A stretch of DNA of 63,679 bases, counting the filler, from Octopus bimaculoides (lineage: Eukaryota): NCBI RefSeq assembly GCF_001194135.2. It is 7 parts of 6 records of this genome, joined end to end, with 100 filler letters (N's around TTAATTAATTAA, not from the genome) between each part and the next. Parts side by side here need not be neighbours in the genome. Positions count along the whole stretch, not along the records: positions 4,274 to 14,420 come from NC_069008.1; positions 14,521 to 32,004 come from NC_068981.1; 5 more parts are not named here. One strand, 5' to 3'. Positions 11,211 to 23,039 of the stretch are shown one piece after another (position 1 is the first letter of the stretch; every line of letters begins with the position of its first letter). Made by a program: the position numbers and the translations under genes. Below the pieces are notes generated by a model, which saw only the letters and a program-made list of their open reading frames with translations, was not told the origin of the DNA and ran no database searches.

Positions 11211-12060
11211 CTGCAAAGAAAGAATGGATTTTAAATGCCATTGCACAACCATCGCTGCTTTTAACATCTGCTTTTCCATGGTTGCATGGATCGGAAGGGA
11301 ATTACTAAAGCAGCTTTCTATGACTGGATGCCCTTCCTGCCACCAATTTTTTTACCATTTTCCAAGTAAAGTAACAGTTTTTTTCTTTCATCAGGACGCT
11401 TTTATAGAAACGGTTGGCATGAGGAAGGGCATCCAGCCGTAGAAACCAGGCCAAAACAGAACATTGGATCCTGGCACAGCTCTACAGCTCTGGTCAAACC
11501 GTCCAACCCAGCATGAACAAGAGAAGTTAAATGATGATGATGATGATGATGATATATATATATATATAGATTATTCGAATTTTATAGTCTTAATTATCCA
11601 TCACAGCTGGTTTTACCAATAAGTTTTGCATGAAGAATACAATTGAATGTTAGGCAACAAAATGGTTACATAAACACGTTCATCATAGGAAGCTGACATG
11701 GAAGGGAATATGGCGATTGCTCTCCACATTCCAGAGGTGGATTAGCACGACCGGTTGGCATCTACTGTAAAAAGGTGGTGGAATGAAAAACGGACCAGGG
11801 AAATGTGCTCAGAGTTATGTCCCTTGGTTAGGTATATTGTGAAAAGTTTCTATCAATAATATGGGTTACTCTGCGAGGATGAGGTGTGTGGAGCAGTGTT
11901 ATATGCATAAAATTTTCTGGGGGTTTTATATATATATATAAGCTTTTCTGGGGGGTGTAGGTATATATAGTACTGTGTTTTTTATCCTGTTTTCTTTGTG
12001 TTGCTTTATATATATATACATATATATATATATGTATAAATACATACATACATAATAAAG

Positions 12061-12395
12061 ACCCCCCTCGGTCATGACTGACCATGGGATTGCACCTAGA
12101 AAGTTCCCTTCCCAGGCACAAGTCCTGGCAAGGTTGTTTATGGAAGACCTGCAGTCACCCATGCATACCGGCCTCTCCTCTCCATGCCACTGATGTTATC
12201 CAAGGGAAAGGCAAAGGGGCCGATACAACTTGGCACCAGTGACGTCACAATTCATTTCTACAGCTGAGTGAACTGGAGCAATGTGAAATAGAGTGTCTTG
12301 CTCAAGAACACCATACGCAGCCTGGTCTGGGATTTGAACTCATTACTTCATGATTGTGAGTCCGACGCTCTAACCACTGAGCCATGCGCCTTCAC
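12061..12395 (-). mobile_element. Near full-length tRNA-derived SINE, third family (related fragments ~48170-48440 and 48765-48915, minus)
   Basis: Minus strand GGCTCAGTGGTTAGAGCGTCGGACTC...GAGTTCAAATCCC (A/B boxes), then TTCTTGAGCAAGACAC...CACTCAGCTGT body. Confidence 0.7.
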
Positions 12396-12661
12396 TACAT
12401 ACATATAGGCATACAAATATATATACATGCATACCTGTATATATATATATATATGTATGTGCCAAGATAGATGTATCAATGATGAGAGAGAATTGGGAAT
12501 GTGTGTGTGTGTGCTATATTTCAAAAATAGGACCATCATGGCAGAGACTAAACATCTTTGGCTGTAGAGCTACGGCCTCAAGACCGACCCAGATCTGAAC
12601 AACAACAACAGCAATAGTACAAACTGCTGTAAAAAGCTACGGGCCACTGCCTGCCACTTAC

Positions 12662-12765
12662 TTGGTTGCCTTTGATTGGCTTTTGTTCTTCTTCTCCTCC
12701 GTCTTCTCCTTCTTCGGTCGCTTCAACTGCCTGGGGACAATGTCATCAAATGGGTTCGATAATAC
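12662..12765 (-). CDS. CWC27: CWC27 coding exon
   Basis: cttacccccag|GTA...CAA|gtaagt; 104 nt; VLSNPFDDIVPRQLKRPKKEKTEEKKNKSQSKAT(K). Contains the NPFDDI-P-R motif of CWC27. Confidence 0.95.
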
Positions 12766-12879
12766 CTGGGGGTAAGAACAGCAAGGGTCAACAAATTAAG
12801 AACTGCAGTCATTGGTCAAACAGACACCAAGACTTACCATGTGGTCACCTGAAACCTTGACCTTCGTTTTCCTCAGCCG

Positions 12880-13048
12880 AGCAATCTTCTATTTAAGAGG
12901 CTTGGCTATGTCTATTCCTTTGCCTTTCTGCTTCTCTATCCGTGGGTCAAAAGCGCACGCAACATCAATTATAGAGCACATGTGGTCACACCTGACCCAC
13001 CACCAGGTCTGGCTGGTTGTGCTCAAACACCTGCTCCATTTGGATTGG
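12880..13048 (-). mobile_element. Fragment of REL-type (R4/Dong-like) non-LTR retrotransposon endonuclease
   Basis: Minus frame FPIQMEQVFEHNQPDLVV...CSIIDVACAFDPRIEKQ resembles the HxRPD...IIDVAxPxD REL motif. Confidence 0.6.
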
Positions 13049-13049
13049 G

Positions 13050-13235
13050 GAAGCCAGACAAATGCTTAGCGGCATCTCAGATGTTTTTATGTCCTCACTT
13101 CAAATTCTGCCGAGGTAGACTTTGCCCTTCATCCTTTCAGGGTCGATAAAATAAGTACCAGTTGAACACTGGGGTTAGGGTTAGGGTTAGACATAGCTGC
13201 TCCCTTAAAATTGCTGGCCTTGTGCCAAAATTTGA
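13050..13235 (+). mobile_element. tRNA-derived SINE with Meta-like central domain (copies ~19339-19520 -, 36224-36430 +, 45785-45970 +, 48522-48720 +, 51206-51425 +, 56250-56450 -, 57740-57900 -, 58320-58540 -)
   Basis: GAGGT(A/C)GACTTTGCC-TTCATCCTTTC-GGGTCGATAAAATAAGTACCAG block, similar to the MetaSINE central domain (from recall). Most abundant SINE in the window. Confidence 0.7.
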
Positions 13236-13269
13236 AAGCAAAGGCTGAAAGGCATGAGGACAGATACAT

Positions 13270-13570
13270 CCCTCTTTTTGTAAAGGTCTCATTGACTTCT
13301 TCAAGTCTCACTTGAAAAGGAAATTGAGAGTGGAGAGGAAAGTGCTGTCCTCGAGTGAGTTTATTGAAAGGTGGGTGAAAGTTGGAAAAATGGCAAGAAT
13401 GGATGCTACCTCTCTAAGTGTAGACCTGTGAGTTGCAGAGAAGGAATTGGTGAGGGCACTTGCTCCTGAGATTTCAGGGAAATCTTGGAGAGTGGGGTTC
13501 CTCGATTATCCTTAGAGGCCTTCCAGTATCAGGAGGGTCACATCTCTATGATCCTCCTCACCACTTTTTT
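13270..13570 (+). mobile_element. 3' end of Tx1/L1-like LINE, antisense in CWC27 intron
   Basis: IDFFKSHLKRKLRVERKVLSSSEFIERWVKVGKMARMDATSLSVDL*, followed by a UTR and T-rich tail. Confidence 0.55.
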
Positions 13571-13587
13571 TTTTTACCTCAGTGCTC

Positions 13588-13621
<34 letters not shown>

Positions 13622-13673
13622 CATAATTATTATTATTATTATTGCTACTACAACGACAACAAAATATACTCAC

Positions 13674-13772
13674 TTCAGTTGAGGTGATCTTTGGTGGACA
13701 GTAGGGTCGGTCATTCGGTCCGATACCGACTTCTTGTAGCTTCAACATGTTGTAGATTGTATTACCAGTCAC
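13674..13772 (-). CDS. CWC27: CWC27 coding exon (end of cyclophilin domain)
   Basis: ctgttcag|GTG...GAA|gtgagt; 99 nt; VTGNTIYNMLKLQEVGIGPNDRPYCPPKITSTE; in frame with neighbouring exons. Confidence 0.96.
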
Positions 13773-14159
13773 CTGAACAGACACAAAACATTCACATCAA
13801 TCAGATAAATGACTTATAAATCAAACAAATCAAACGACACACGTGACTAAAGATCAGGTTTTGTGTTTGTCTGTTTGAGGATTTTAGGTTAAAACTTCTA
13901 GCGTCTGTACGTGTAAAGGGGTCAGTTGTTAAGTGAGACAATTACTGGACTGTGGTCAGAGAACGAATCACATTGGTCTGGTAACTACAAAGCCAGGTGA
14001 AAATTATTATTGACAACCAAATGGACGGTGGTCAGAGACTAATGTAATTATGGCTGACCATGAATTTTAAGAGATTTCCTCTCAAAGGTGCAAATGTGGT
14101 TAAGATTGTTTTACGAGCTGAGACGAAACAACAACAACAAAGGGAGGGTGGTACCTTAC

Positions 14160-14303
14160 CTTGCCGAATATGGTGTGTTTCTGGGCAAGCTCTGGGGTGG
14201 AGCCAAGCGTGAAGAAAAACTGACTTCCATTGTCACTGGGTCCTGCATTTGCCATGGCAACCAGACCACGGCGGACGAACCGCAGCCGAGAATGGAATTC
14301 ATC
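14160..14303 (-). CDS. CWC27: CWC27 internal coding exon (cyclophilin domain core), first visible exon
   Basis: ttcaacag|GAT...AAG|gtaagg; 144 nt, phase 0/0. Translates DEFHSRLRFVRRGLVAMANAGPSDNGSQFFFTLGSTPELAQKHTIFGK, which matches the CWC27 cyclophilin domain. Confidence 0.96.
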
Positions 14304-14520
14304 CTGTTGAATAATGGAGAGAGAGAGAGAGAGAGAGATAAAGAAAGAGAAGTGACAGAGTGGCAGGGAGAGGGAGACATGTTAGGGGGGAGAGAGAGAG
14401 GAAGTGATAGGTGGGGGGGGNNNNNNNNNNNNNNNNNNNNNNNNNNNNNNNNNNNNNNNNNNNNTTAATTAATTAANNNNNNNNNNNNNNNNNNNNNNNN
14501 NNNNNNNNNNNNNNNNNNNN

Positions 14521-15545
14521 ATAGGAGTAGTAGGAGTGTGACATCTTCTCGGATATACATTGCAACTCCCTCATGACTTCTATCCCTCCTGTCTGTTCGG
14601 AGTACGGCATACTCTGGTATGTTTATCTCCGCATCTGCTATATTAGGTGTTAGATGCGTTTCAGTAAGCACCATGCATATTGCTTGATTACATGTAACTA
14701 GGTCTTTCAAGTATAGAAACTTGTCTTTGCCGCCTGTTCGTAATAGGCCCCAGATATTCAGTAGGAATATGGGTGTGATATCTGTGCAGGGGTTCCTGGT
14801 GTTAGCGGTGGCCATCCCTGATCCATCATCTGTGGTGGTCTTGGATAATGGTTCATGTGGTATTGACCCTGTACCCTCTGCATCCGCGTTAACGGATGTA
14901 CCATTTTCCGCTTCATATATGTCATCGAATTGTTATCCTTGGATGGAACGTGTCGACTTTGCAAGGTGTCATATCTAGATTGTACGGAGGAATGGGTAAG
15001 GCTTTTTAATCTGATTAGCCGGCTGATTGATTTGTTGCGAAAGATATGTGAAGTTACAGAGTCTCTTTCCTTTAATGGTGTTTCTAAGATTTTTGGATGT
15101 CTCACTGTACTGCTCGATGTTTACTGTATAGCGTAATTTCATAATCAAGAATAACACAAGCATCATTCCCAAATTTTTGTTGCCATGAATTTTGTACCAA
15201 TCTATGTCTCGTGAACTTCTTAGACTTTGAACAAGAGATGTGAGTTTACAACAAGCGCTGGGCCTCCCTTTCCAGATCATAAGGGTTAAATCAAGTGTCT
15301 TATTTTGTCACATGATCAGAAAACACGTGTTTTTTATGGGCGTCAAACACTTCCAGCAGATTAGAGCACTTTCACACTTGTATCCTCCAAATCGAGTTTC
15401 AACTGCCGAAGTATCCACTTTCCACATGCTTTCCGATATCGATAGTCTTCCACCATCTTCTGCAACAAATTATGAATACTGTCCCGTTGCGCATCAGGTT
15501 TACAAATTGTGGTTCGTCTGTCCAAGCTGATCAATCCGTTCCTTC
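14521..15545 (-). mobile_element. Decayed CR1/L2-group LINE 5' part (Cys-rich ORF1 remnant plus APE N-terminus)
   Basis: ORF 14815 to 14521 reads FLLNIWGL...MVLTETHLTPNIADAEINIPEYAVLRTDRRDRSHEGVAMYIRE, a typical LINE APE N-terminus. Upstream frames retain frameshifted Cys/His-rich motifs. Confidence 0.8.
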
Positions 15546-15778
15546 GTTCATGACTCGCGTCTGTGACTACAATTTATTATCTCCCACTGCTTAATTTATA
15601 TTCAATGTTGGTTTCCTTTCCTTTAAATGTAATCTTTAAGTGAACATTACTCTAGTCAATGGGTTCATCGCCGTCAATAACCTGAGGATTTTAGACAGTC
15701 TGCATACTTTCATCATCAACAACTAAATGACGAATGCATTCCCGTGTTTTTATATGTATGTATATATATATATACATG

Positions 15779-15810
<32 letters not shown>

Positions 15811-16750
15811 CGTATGTATGTATATATACATGTATATGTATATATATATATGTATATAAGTGTGTGTGTATGTGTGCATGCGGGTGTGTGAGTGCATGTA
15901 TGTATGTAATAGGAATGCCTGCGGCATATTAAACATAGTGAAAGCTAAAATATAATTGTCAGTATTTAAACATCTGTCAGTTTCTTTCTCTTCAAGAGTT
16001 GGTTACGTAAATTAACTGTTTTCAGCCATCCAATTTCTCTGCATCGACAATTGATTTATAACAATTAATTATAAATTTAAATTGATAAAAGGAAATGATA
16101 ACTATGACTATAACAATGACAACCACAAATCTATTAAAATGTTATGTTTGCACTGGTTTTTTTTTTTTTTACTTTTCTTTTCTTTTCTTTTGCATTTATA
16201 ATGATTTTTCATTCGCAAACATTAATTTTGTAATTGTAATACATCGTTGTTAAATATGTACACAAAGCAAGCAGAAGTGAAATAAACCATTCTAGGAGCA
16301 AACAATCGGATCATTAATGCCAATCTGAAACAAACCATGTGTGCTTAGCAACAACATATGGCAAGCTGAAACGAAGTCAAAACCTGAGCGAATGACTTGA
16401 AAAAAAAAAAAAGAAAGAAACATGAAAATAACTTCTGCGAACATGATATGAATGGTGGAAAATAATTTTATTTAATTTTCTTCTGTACATTTCTTGATAA
16501 TAAATCATGCTAATTTTACCCTCGTAATCGTCGTTGTATTTATCTGTGTTTGTGATTATGTTAGATAATATCTCTTTGTTGTTGTTTTTTTGCGGAAAAT
16601 GTTTTCTGTTGCATTTGTACCATATGTATATGAAGTCGTAATAATAGAATAATACTAATGATATGTAGACGTTTAAAGTAATTGGTACTATTTCCTTCCT
16701 AATAAATAAAACAAGCGACAGTATTTTCATAATTTATGATTAGGAATTGT

Positions 16751-16752
<2 letters not shown>

Positions 16753-16818
<66 letters not shown>
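16753..16818. repeat. (GA)n microsatellite
   Basis: Pure dinucleotide run; one of dozens of (TA)n, (CA)n, (GATA)n and (TACA)n tracts in the window. Confidence 0.95.
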
Positions 16819-16821
<3 letters not shown>

Positions 16822-19800
16822 AGAGAAGACAAAGGTTGGACTATGCTGCTATGTTTGAGACCAGTGAGGATTTATAATATTGGTCAATAATGATGTTTAC
16901 TAAGCAACAGGAGATTTAAAGTAAATTAAAATACATGACATTGTGTTAGAAGTTGAAAATAATAGTTTTTGTAACATTTCATGTTCACCTGCATGACCTG
17001 GATGCGACTGATGATATAACAATTTGCAAAACATTTCTCAATGTTGCTTAAAGCTGTGAATTGTCAGTGAAACAGGGTATCAGACGGCTAACCGAAAGAT
17101 GTATTGTTCAATATCACAGTGGTGTGCCTACGCAAAATTGTCTTCTGCTTACATTTTTAAATGATTTAGAAAGGGAATCATTTTACAGGATAACCACAAA
17201 TGTTTATTTATGAATATACCTTAAACCGTGGCTATTGATCAGTCCCAGATCAGCAGAGCATAAGTATGACGAAAATCGTTCCAGCCATGGCTCTTTATTC
17301 CAGGGTATCTTATAGAGGACTGCATTATACAATGAGTTTTTTAAGACAACTCACTGATTTAAAGGTCAAATTCGTTCTTATTTTCCAGGAAACAATGACG
17401 TTTCCTCGATGACTCTGTTTACTATGTTTCCATATATTCATCATCTTTTAATAATGGATAAATAACCTGCTGTCTTCATTAGATTCTCGCTAATTGGATA
17501 CACATCATTAATGCTTGGATTATTTCGTTGAATGTCTTTTATGCTGAAGTGTCTGTAATATAATGACTAGTTACTTCACAAAATTATACTACTTTTCCTC
17601 TTATCCATTAAGAAGAAAATACTGTGTGAGATATTGTTAAGGATTATGAAAGGCTTCCCAATGACCGTAGTAATTGCGAATGTCCTTACATTTATGACAG
17701 TGTAAGCTATTTAGCTAAGCGCCCACAGTGTTCTAAATAGTCCATTAAAATTTTCAGAGCAGAATCTTCCGTGAGGTGTCGTTCCCCTTCTAGTAGCTAT
17801 ATCAGTGGAATAAATACAATCCTGCGGATTATTTATTCATTGTTGTTGTAAACATGATACTATTATATATTATATAATTTAATGTCGGCTATGATGGAAC
17901 TACTTTACATTACTTACAGGTACAACATTGATTCTCCTGAACCTTTGGTTCCAAAGCCTGATCAGATTACTGATTTTTCAGAATCAAGGCAGTTTACCTT
18001 AGTCAACAAATATTAAAATTACTTAAAAATTTAAATGAAATACAGGTACCTGTACATCACTATAAATGACACAGGTTTATTAATATTGTACAAGTCTGTT
18101 CAAGGTAACAATAATTTAGTCAGGCGGCCGCAGAGATTTGAAGTTCCTCCTCGTAAATTCGTGTGGATTATAAGAAGTTATGGTCCCTCAGTGTCCGCGA
18201 AATCGGTGTTGTACCAGTAATACTGAGTTTTATATCATGGGATTTCTTTCAGATTGTGGGTGCAGAGTTCAATATCTAAAATTGGAGTAACGATCACCAT
18301 AAATATTTCGCAAAGTTATGTTTACTTCTTCCACCTCTTCCTCCTGCTCATACACCTTTTTACTGCTTCCACATCCTCGCTATAACAAACACATATCTGG
18401 TGCTGTACCAATGCTAGAATCAATGTTATTATTATTTGTAGTTAGGGCGGTAGATTAGCAAAATCCAGTGAAGAATGAATCACTTTACCATTATTATTCC
18501 GGCTCTTCACTTTCCGATTTGAAATTCCGTCTAGATCAACTCGACTTTTCATCCCACGGAGGTAAATAAAATAATGCACTATTTAAGAACTGTGCTTAAT
18601 GTAATCAAGTAATCCTCTCTGTAGAGGTTTCTAGCTCTGTGTCTTAGAAATAAGTATTTTACCACTTATAACATTAGATAGACAGAACCATTAGAAAACT
18701 AAAAAAAAATATCTGTCACAATTATTGTGATGCATTTTTATTTTCAATATCTCGTTATCGATAACATTAGTATTTTTTAAGTACTATCATCGACGTATAG
18801 ATACTAGGAATTGCTGTGTTGATTATTGCCAGGAAAAAAGGTGGCTAGTTTATTATGTACAACTCTATGCTAAAGTTTCATAGTATTTTTATACTGATAG
18901 TTTGGAAGGTGGAGATATGCGAATACCACAGAACTTTTGATCAAAAAAGTTGGAATTAGGCGGCTGAGAAAGGAAACCTCCTCCTAATAAATTGATAAAA
19001 TTAAGAAATAGAAATATTCAAAATGCTGAGATTGAAAACAGAAACTATCCTCATATTCATAGGTGCCTGGGGGTTATTAACAAGGTGAGGCAGTATAGAT
19101 GAGGAAAACGACATGTAATGTACATATAAAGAGTATGCAGATAATTGTAATATTAGCCACTGCAAACATTTTACATAGGGTACCTTCAATAATCCAGAAC
19201 GAAAAAACAGAACACTTTATTCAATACACATAGAGTAGCATTCGATTGTACTGTAAGAATAGGCAATATGTAACAAGATTATTAGTAAAAGTAAAACAGT
19301 TGTTTGTTATGTGACCACAGAAGCGATGGATGAGGAAAATTGGTTTCAAATTTTGGCAAAAGGCCAGCAATTTCGGGAGGGGTTAAGTCGATTATATCGA
19401 CACCAATGTTCAACGGGTACTTATTTTCATCGACCACGAAAGTATGAAATGCAAAGAGTCGACCTCGGCAAAATTTGAACTCAGAGTATAGAGACGGACG
19501 AAACACTGATACGTTTTAACGATTTTATTTGCTCACCGCCCTGATAAATGAAGAATATTTAAATTTATTATACATGAGAATTTTACAACATGTATAGTAA
19601 GAACAAAAAGAAATTTATAGTGAAATACCTAATTCTGGCCAAGGTACTCTGAAAATGCTACCGCCCTTGCTCCACGTTTGGACTATCTTTCCGCTCAAAC
19701 TTCTTGGTAAAACGGTGATCACTTATCTGGACGCCTTCCATAAAATTTGTTGAATAACCATTTTTCTCTCTACATTGCCACCATTTCATTCGTTTTACTC

Positions 19801-20748
19801 ATTGACTACACTACTTTCTTCTCTGTAACCACCAGATAAAAATATGTTGTTTATTCGTCCTTATCCAAAGAAAACAGAGGGGTGGTTTGTATGGTAGACA
19901 CTATTCTTTGATGGAGTTATTGGATTCGCTGCAGGAAACGCTTTAAATAACACCACAATATCGGGAGACTGCAAAAATGCATGCAGAAGTGTTAAGTCAC
20001 ACTCTAAACATCTCAAACAGGACCACACTAATAGCACTACATTTTCTGATGAAATCGTCCATGATGATCACTTTTTGTACCACTAGTGTACTGCCTAGTT
20101 AAGACCTTTAGGAAATTGTGCATAATCCACAACATCAAAGTCATCCAGAAAAAGAAATTGCTGAGTACATCACATCGTCGTTCTCAGCCCCTTATCATGG
20201 CTCATGATCCTCCTCAACCTTTTCCAGAATACAAGAATTTATGTTGTAACTATGTTTTTGAACTTAGCATAATATTGGAAGCAATTCGAAGAAACAACTA
20301 GCTGAAAAAGGATTCGATAACAATGTGTTCATTCAAGAAAATAATTATAAAGAACATTTTAGCCCTCAAATTCATTCCTTTTTCGAGCTTTTGTTACAGT
20401 CGCTCATCAAATGCAAATAGAAAATTATGTCCAACTCCACCAGATATTCTGTATCTACGAATGGTAAAATCGTTTTGCCATTCGTAAATACAGAATACCA
20501 TCATTCCGTCATTGTGTCATCAGAGAATCTGACATGAAAGCTGAAAAGTGAATGCATTGATATTTTATAGGATGGGTTATCAGTTCACTAGATATACGTA
20601 AGGCAGCGGAAACATCAGGATGCTTTGCTGACCAGTTCACCTGTAAATGAAATTGGAAAGAGATTTCAAAAGAATAAATTTATTCTAAAGAGTAGATATA
20701 TGAATATTATTTCAGTACTCACACCCCTTCATTGTTCACATCGACAAA

Positions 20749-20789
<41 letters not shown>

Positions 20790-21148
20790 CAAGCACCTTT
20801 CCAAAGTCAATACCTGCGTTANNNNNNNNNNNNNNNNNNNNNNNNNNNNNNNNNNNNNNNNNNNNNNNNNNNNNNNNNNNNNNNNNNNNNNNNNNNNNNN
20901 NNNNNNNNNNNNNNNNNNNNNNNNNNNNNNNNNNNNNNNNNNNNNNNNNNNNNNNNNNNNNNNNNNNNNNNNNNNNNNNNNNNNNNNNNNNNNNNNNNNN
21001 NNNNNNNNNNNNNNNNNNNNNNNNNNNNNNNNNNNNNNNNNNNNNNNNNNNNNNNNNNNNNNNNNNNNNNNNNNNNNNNNNNNNNNNNNNNNNNNNNNNN
21101 NNNNNNNNNNNNNNNNNNNNNNNNNNNNNNNNNNNNNNNNNNNNNNNN

Positions 21149-22067
21149 GCGAGATGCTAATAGTTCAGCTTTATCCTTCGAAAATGACAAGTCTCTAACT
21201 AAATCATTTAACTCTCCCTGAGAAAAATTTCTGTGGTACGTCTTCATTTTCAATCGTGAAATTTGCATCCACTTCGGTGTCTTCCACAACAGTAGTATTT
21301 TCTTCAGGAAAAACATCTTCGTCAGACATCTAAGGCCATTTTCTGGTGGTATCGGAATAGGAAGATCATCATCGTTGTGTGGTACTGGTCTTCTTGCTGA
21401 TTCCAAGTTGGGATACACAATCTTATGCTTAGTCTTTACAGTAAACCCACATACATTAACGTTGCAGAAATAACAGTCCATGAAATGATCCTTTGGCTCT
21501 CTCCATATCACAGGTATTGCAAACGGCATTGCTCTCTTCCTCTTATTTAGCCAATCACTTAGTCCATTTGAACAAGCTGAGCAGATGATGTGCGGGATCC
21601 AAATCTTATCTTGATCCCCGAGAGAGCAGCCAAAGTATAACTGGTAGATCTTGATTTCACTTGTGATGAATGGCACATTGCTGTGCTTTGGTGGTAAATG
21701 AACCACAGACATGAAAAAATATATCAGGACTGTTCTTGCAATGCCTGGACATCCTGAGTAGAATTTGATGATGATGATGATGATGGCTTGGCACCTTAAA
21801 CAGAAAAGTGAAATTTATGAAAAGAAAATATTATGAAAACATAAAATTATGAAATGAATACAAATAGTTATAAAACAGAAGTCAGAATTAACCTGTATAA
21901 GACGTTTACCTGTAGCGATACTTCTGATGGGAGTTATATATCTCTCTTAGCGCATCAGAAAAAATATGCCTAATAGAAGAAAACCGGTTACATTTTTGAA
22001 ATCGGCAGACAAAATACATATAAGACACCATATAATATCTCTGAAGAAAATTGGCTGTTGACCAGTG
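21149..22067 (-). mobile_element. Chapaev3-like (CMC) DNA transposon, left end plus transposase N-terminus; rest in gap 20822-21148
   Basis: ATG at 21752 gives MSRHCKNSPDIFFHVCG; after one frameshift YFGCSLGDQDKIWIPHIICSAC...MPFAIPVIWREPKDHFMDCYFC...YPNLESARRPVPH...QGELNDLVRDL-SKDKAELLASR. The left terminus begins CACTGG (22067) next to TTA. Family assignment is from recall of Chapaev3 motifs. Confidence 0.8.
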
Positions 22068-22633
22068 TAATTGTAAGAATATTAAAAGGAAAAAACCTTC
22101 AGCCAGTCACAATGTGTATAAAAACAATCATTTGACTAGTGAACAGTTTGGGCTATGAAAGTAATTATAATAATAAAGTGAAAGGTAATTAATAAGATTA
22201 TAATGGCATCGAAAAATGGAACATATCTCAAAAGGACGCTTTCCATGGCGTAGACTATTACAAGAAGAGTTGCAAGTATACCAACATTTTAAAGAATAAC
22301 AACTCTTCCCTTTGCGGAGAGTATACGAATCTAGGAAAGACGCAGTTCATTTTTGTAAGAATGCTGTATGCTTCGATGGTAAGCGATGTTAATTTCAGAT
22401 CCTCCAGTAATATACTTTCAATGCAAGAAGATGGAATGAAATCGTAACAACGATAAAAATTTCAACGACGTCGCAGTACCACACCACGTTTACTAACAAT
22501 GCTACTTGAAGTGAAAGAAGATAGAGCGACGAGAAATATGAAAATGGTAACTGGATATTGCAATGACGTCTATGCTCATTATATTTCTCGGAAAATTGAT
22601 GGTGATAATGTTAACATCCAAAGACAATATTTT

Positions 22634-22634
22634 T

Positions 22635-22685
<51 letters not shown>

Positions 22686-22769
22686 GTCATCGTCGTCGTC
22701 GTCATTATTATTATGGTTTTGCGTTGTTGGTGGTGGTTGTTGGTTGTTGTTGTTGTTGGTGGTGGTGGT
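22634..22769. repeat. Compound trinucleotide repeat (CAT)n(CGT)n...(GTT/GGT)n running into a gap
   Basis: Direct reading; source of the poly-His/Ile/Asp ORFs in the track. Confidence 0.9.
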
Positions 22770-23039
22770 NNNNNNNNNNNNNNNNNNNNNNNNNNNNNNN
22801 NNNNNNNNNNNNNNNNNNNNNNNNNNNNNNNNNNNNNNNNNNNNNNNNNNNNNNNNNNNNNNNNNNNNNNNNNNNNNNNNNNNNNNNNNNNNNNNNNNNN
22901 NNNNNNNNNNNNNNNNNNNNNNNNNNNNNNNNNNNNNNNNNNNNNNNNNNNNNNNNNGGTGGTGGTGGTGGTGGTAAAATTCAAGCTGTAATACACTTCC
23001 TGTGAAGAAGAATAACTCTCCACTAAGATAGGCCTCATA

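Noticed and set aside
14248-14261. Near-perfect X-box palindrome TTTGCCATGGCAAC in a CWC27 exon
   Set aside because: It is dictated by the codons of the conserved VAMAN cyclophilin motif.
19850-20300. Coding-like unique stretch, possibly a decayed DNA-transposon ORF
   Set aside because: Only vague motif resemblance with stops in all frames; cannot be assigned without a search.
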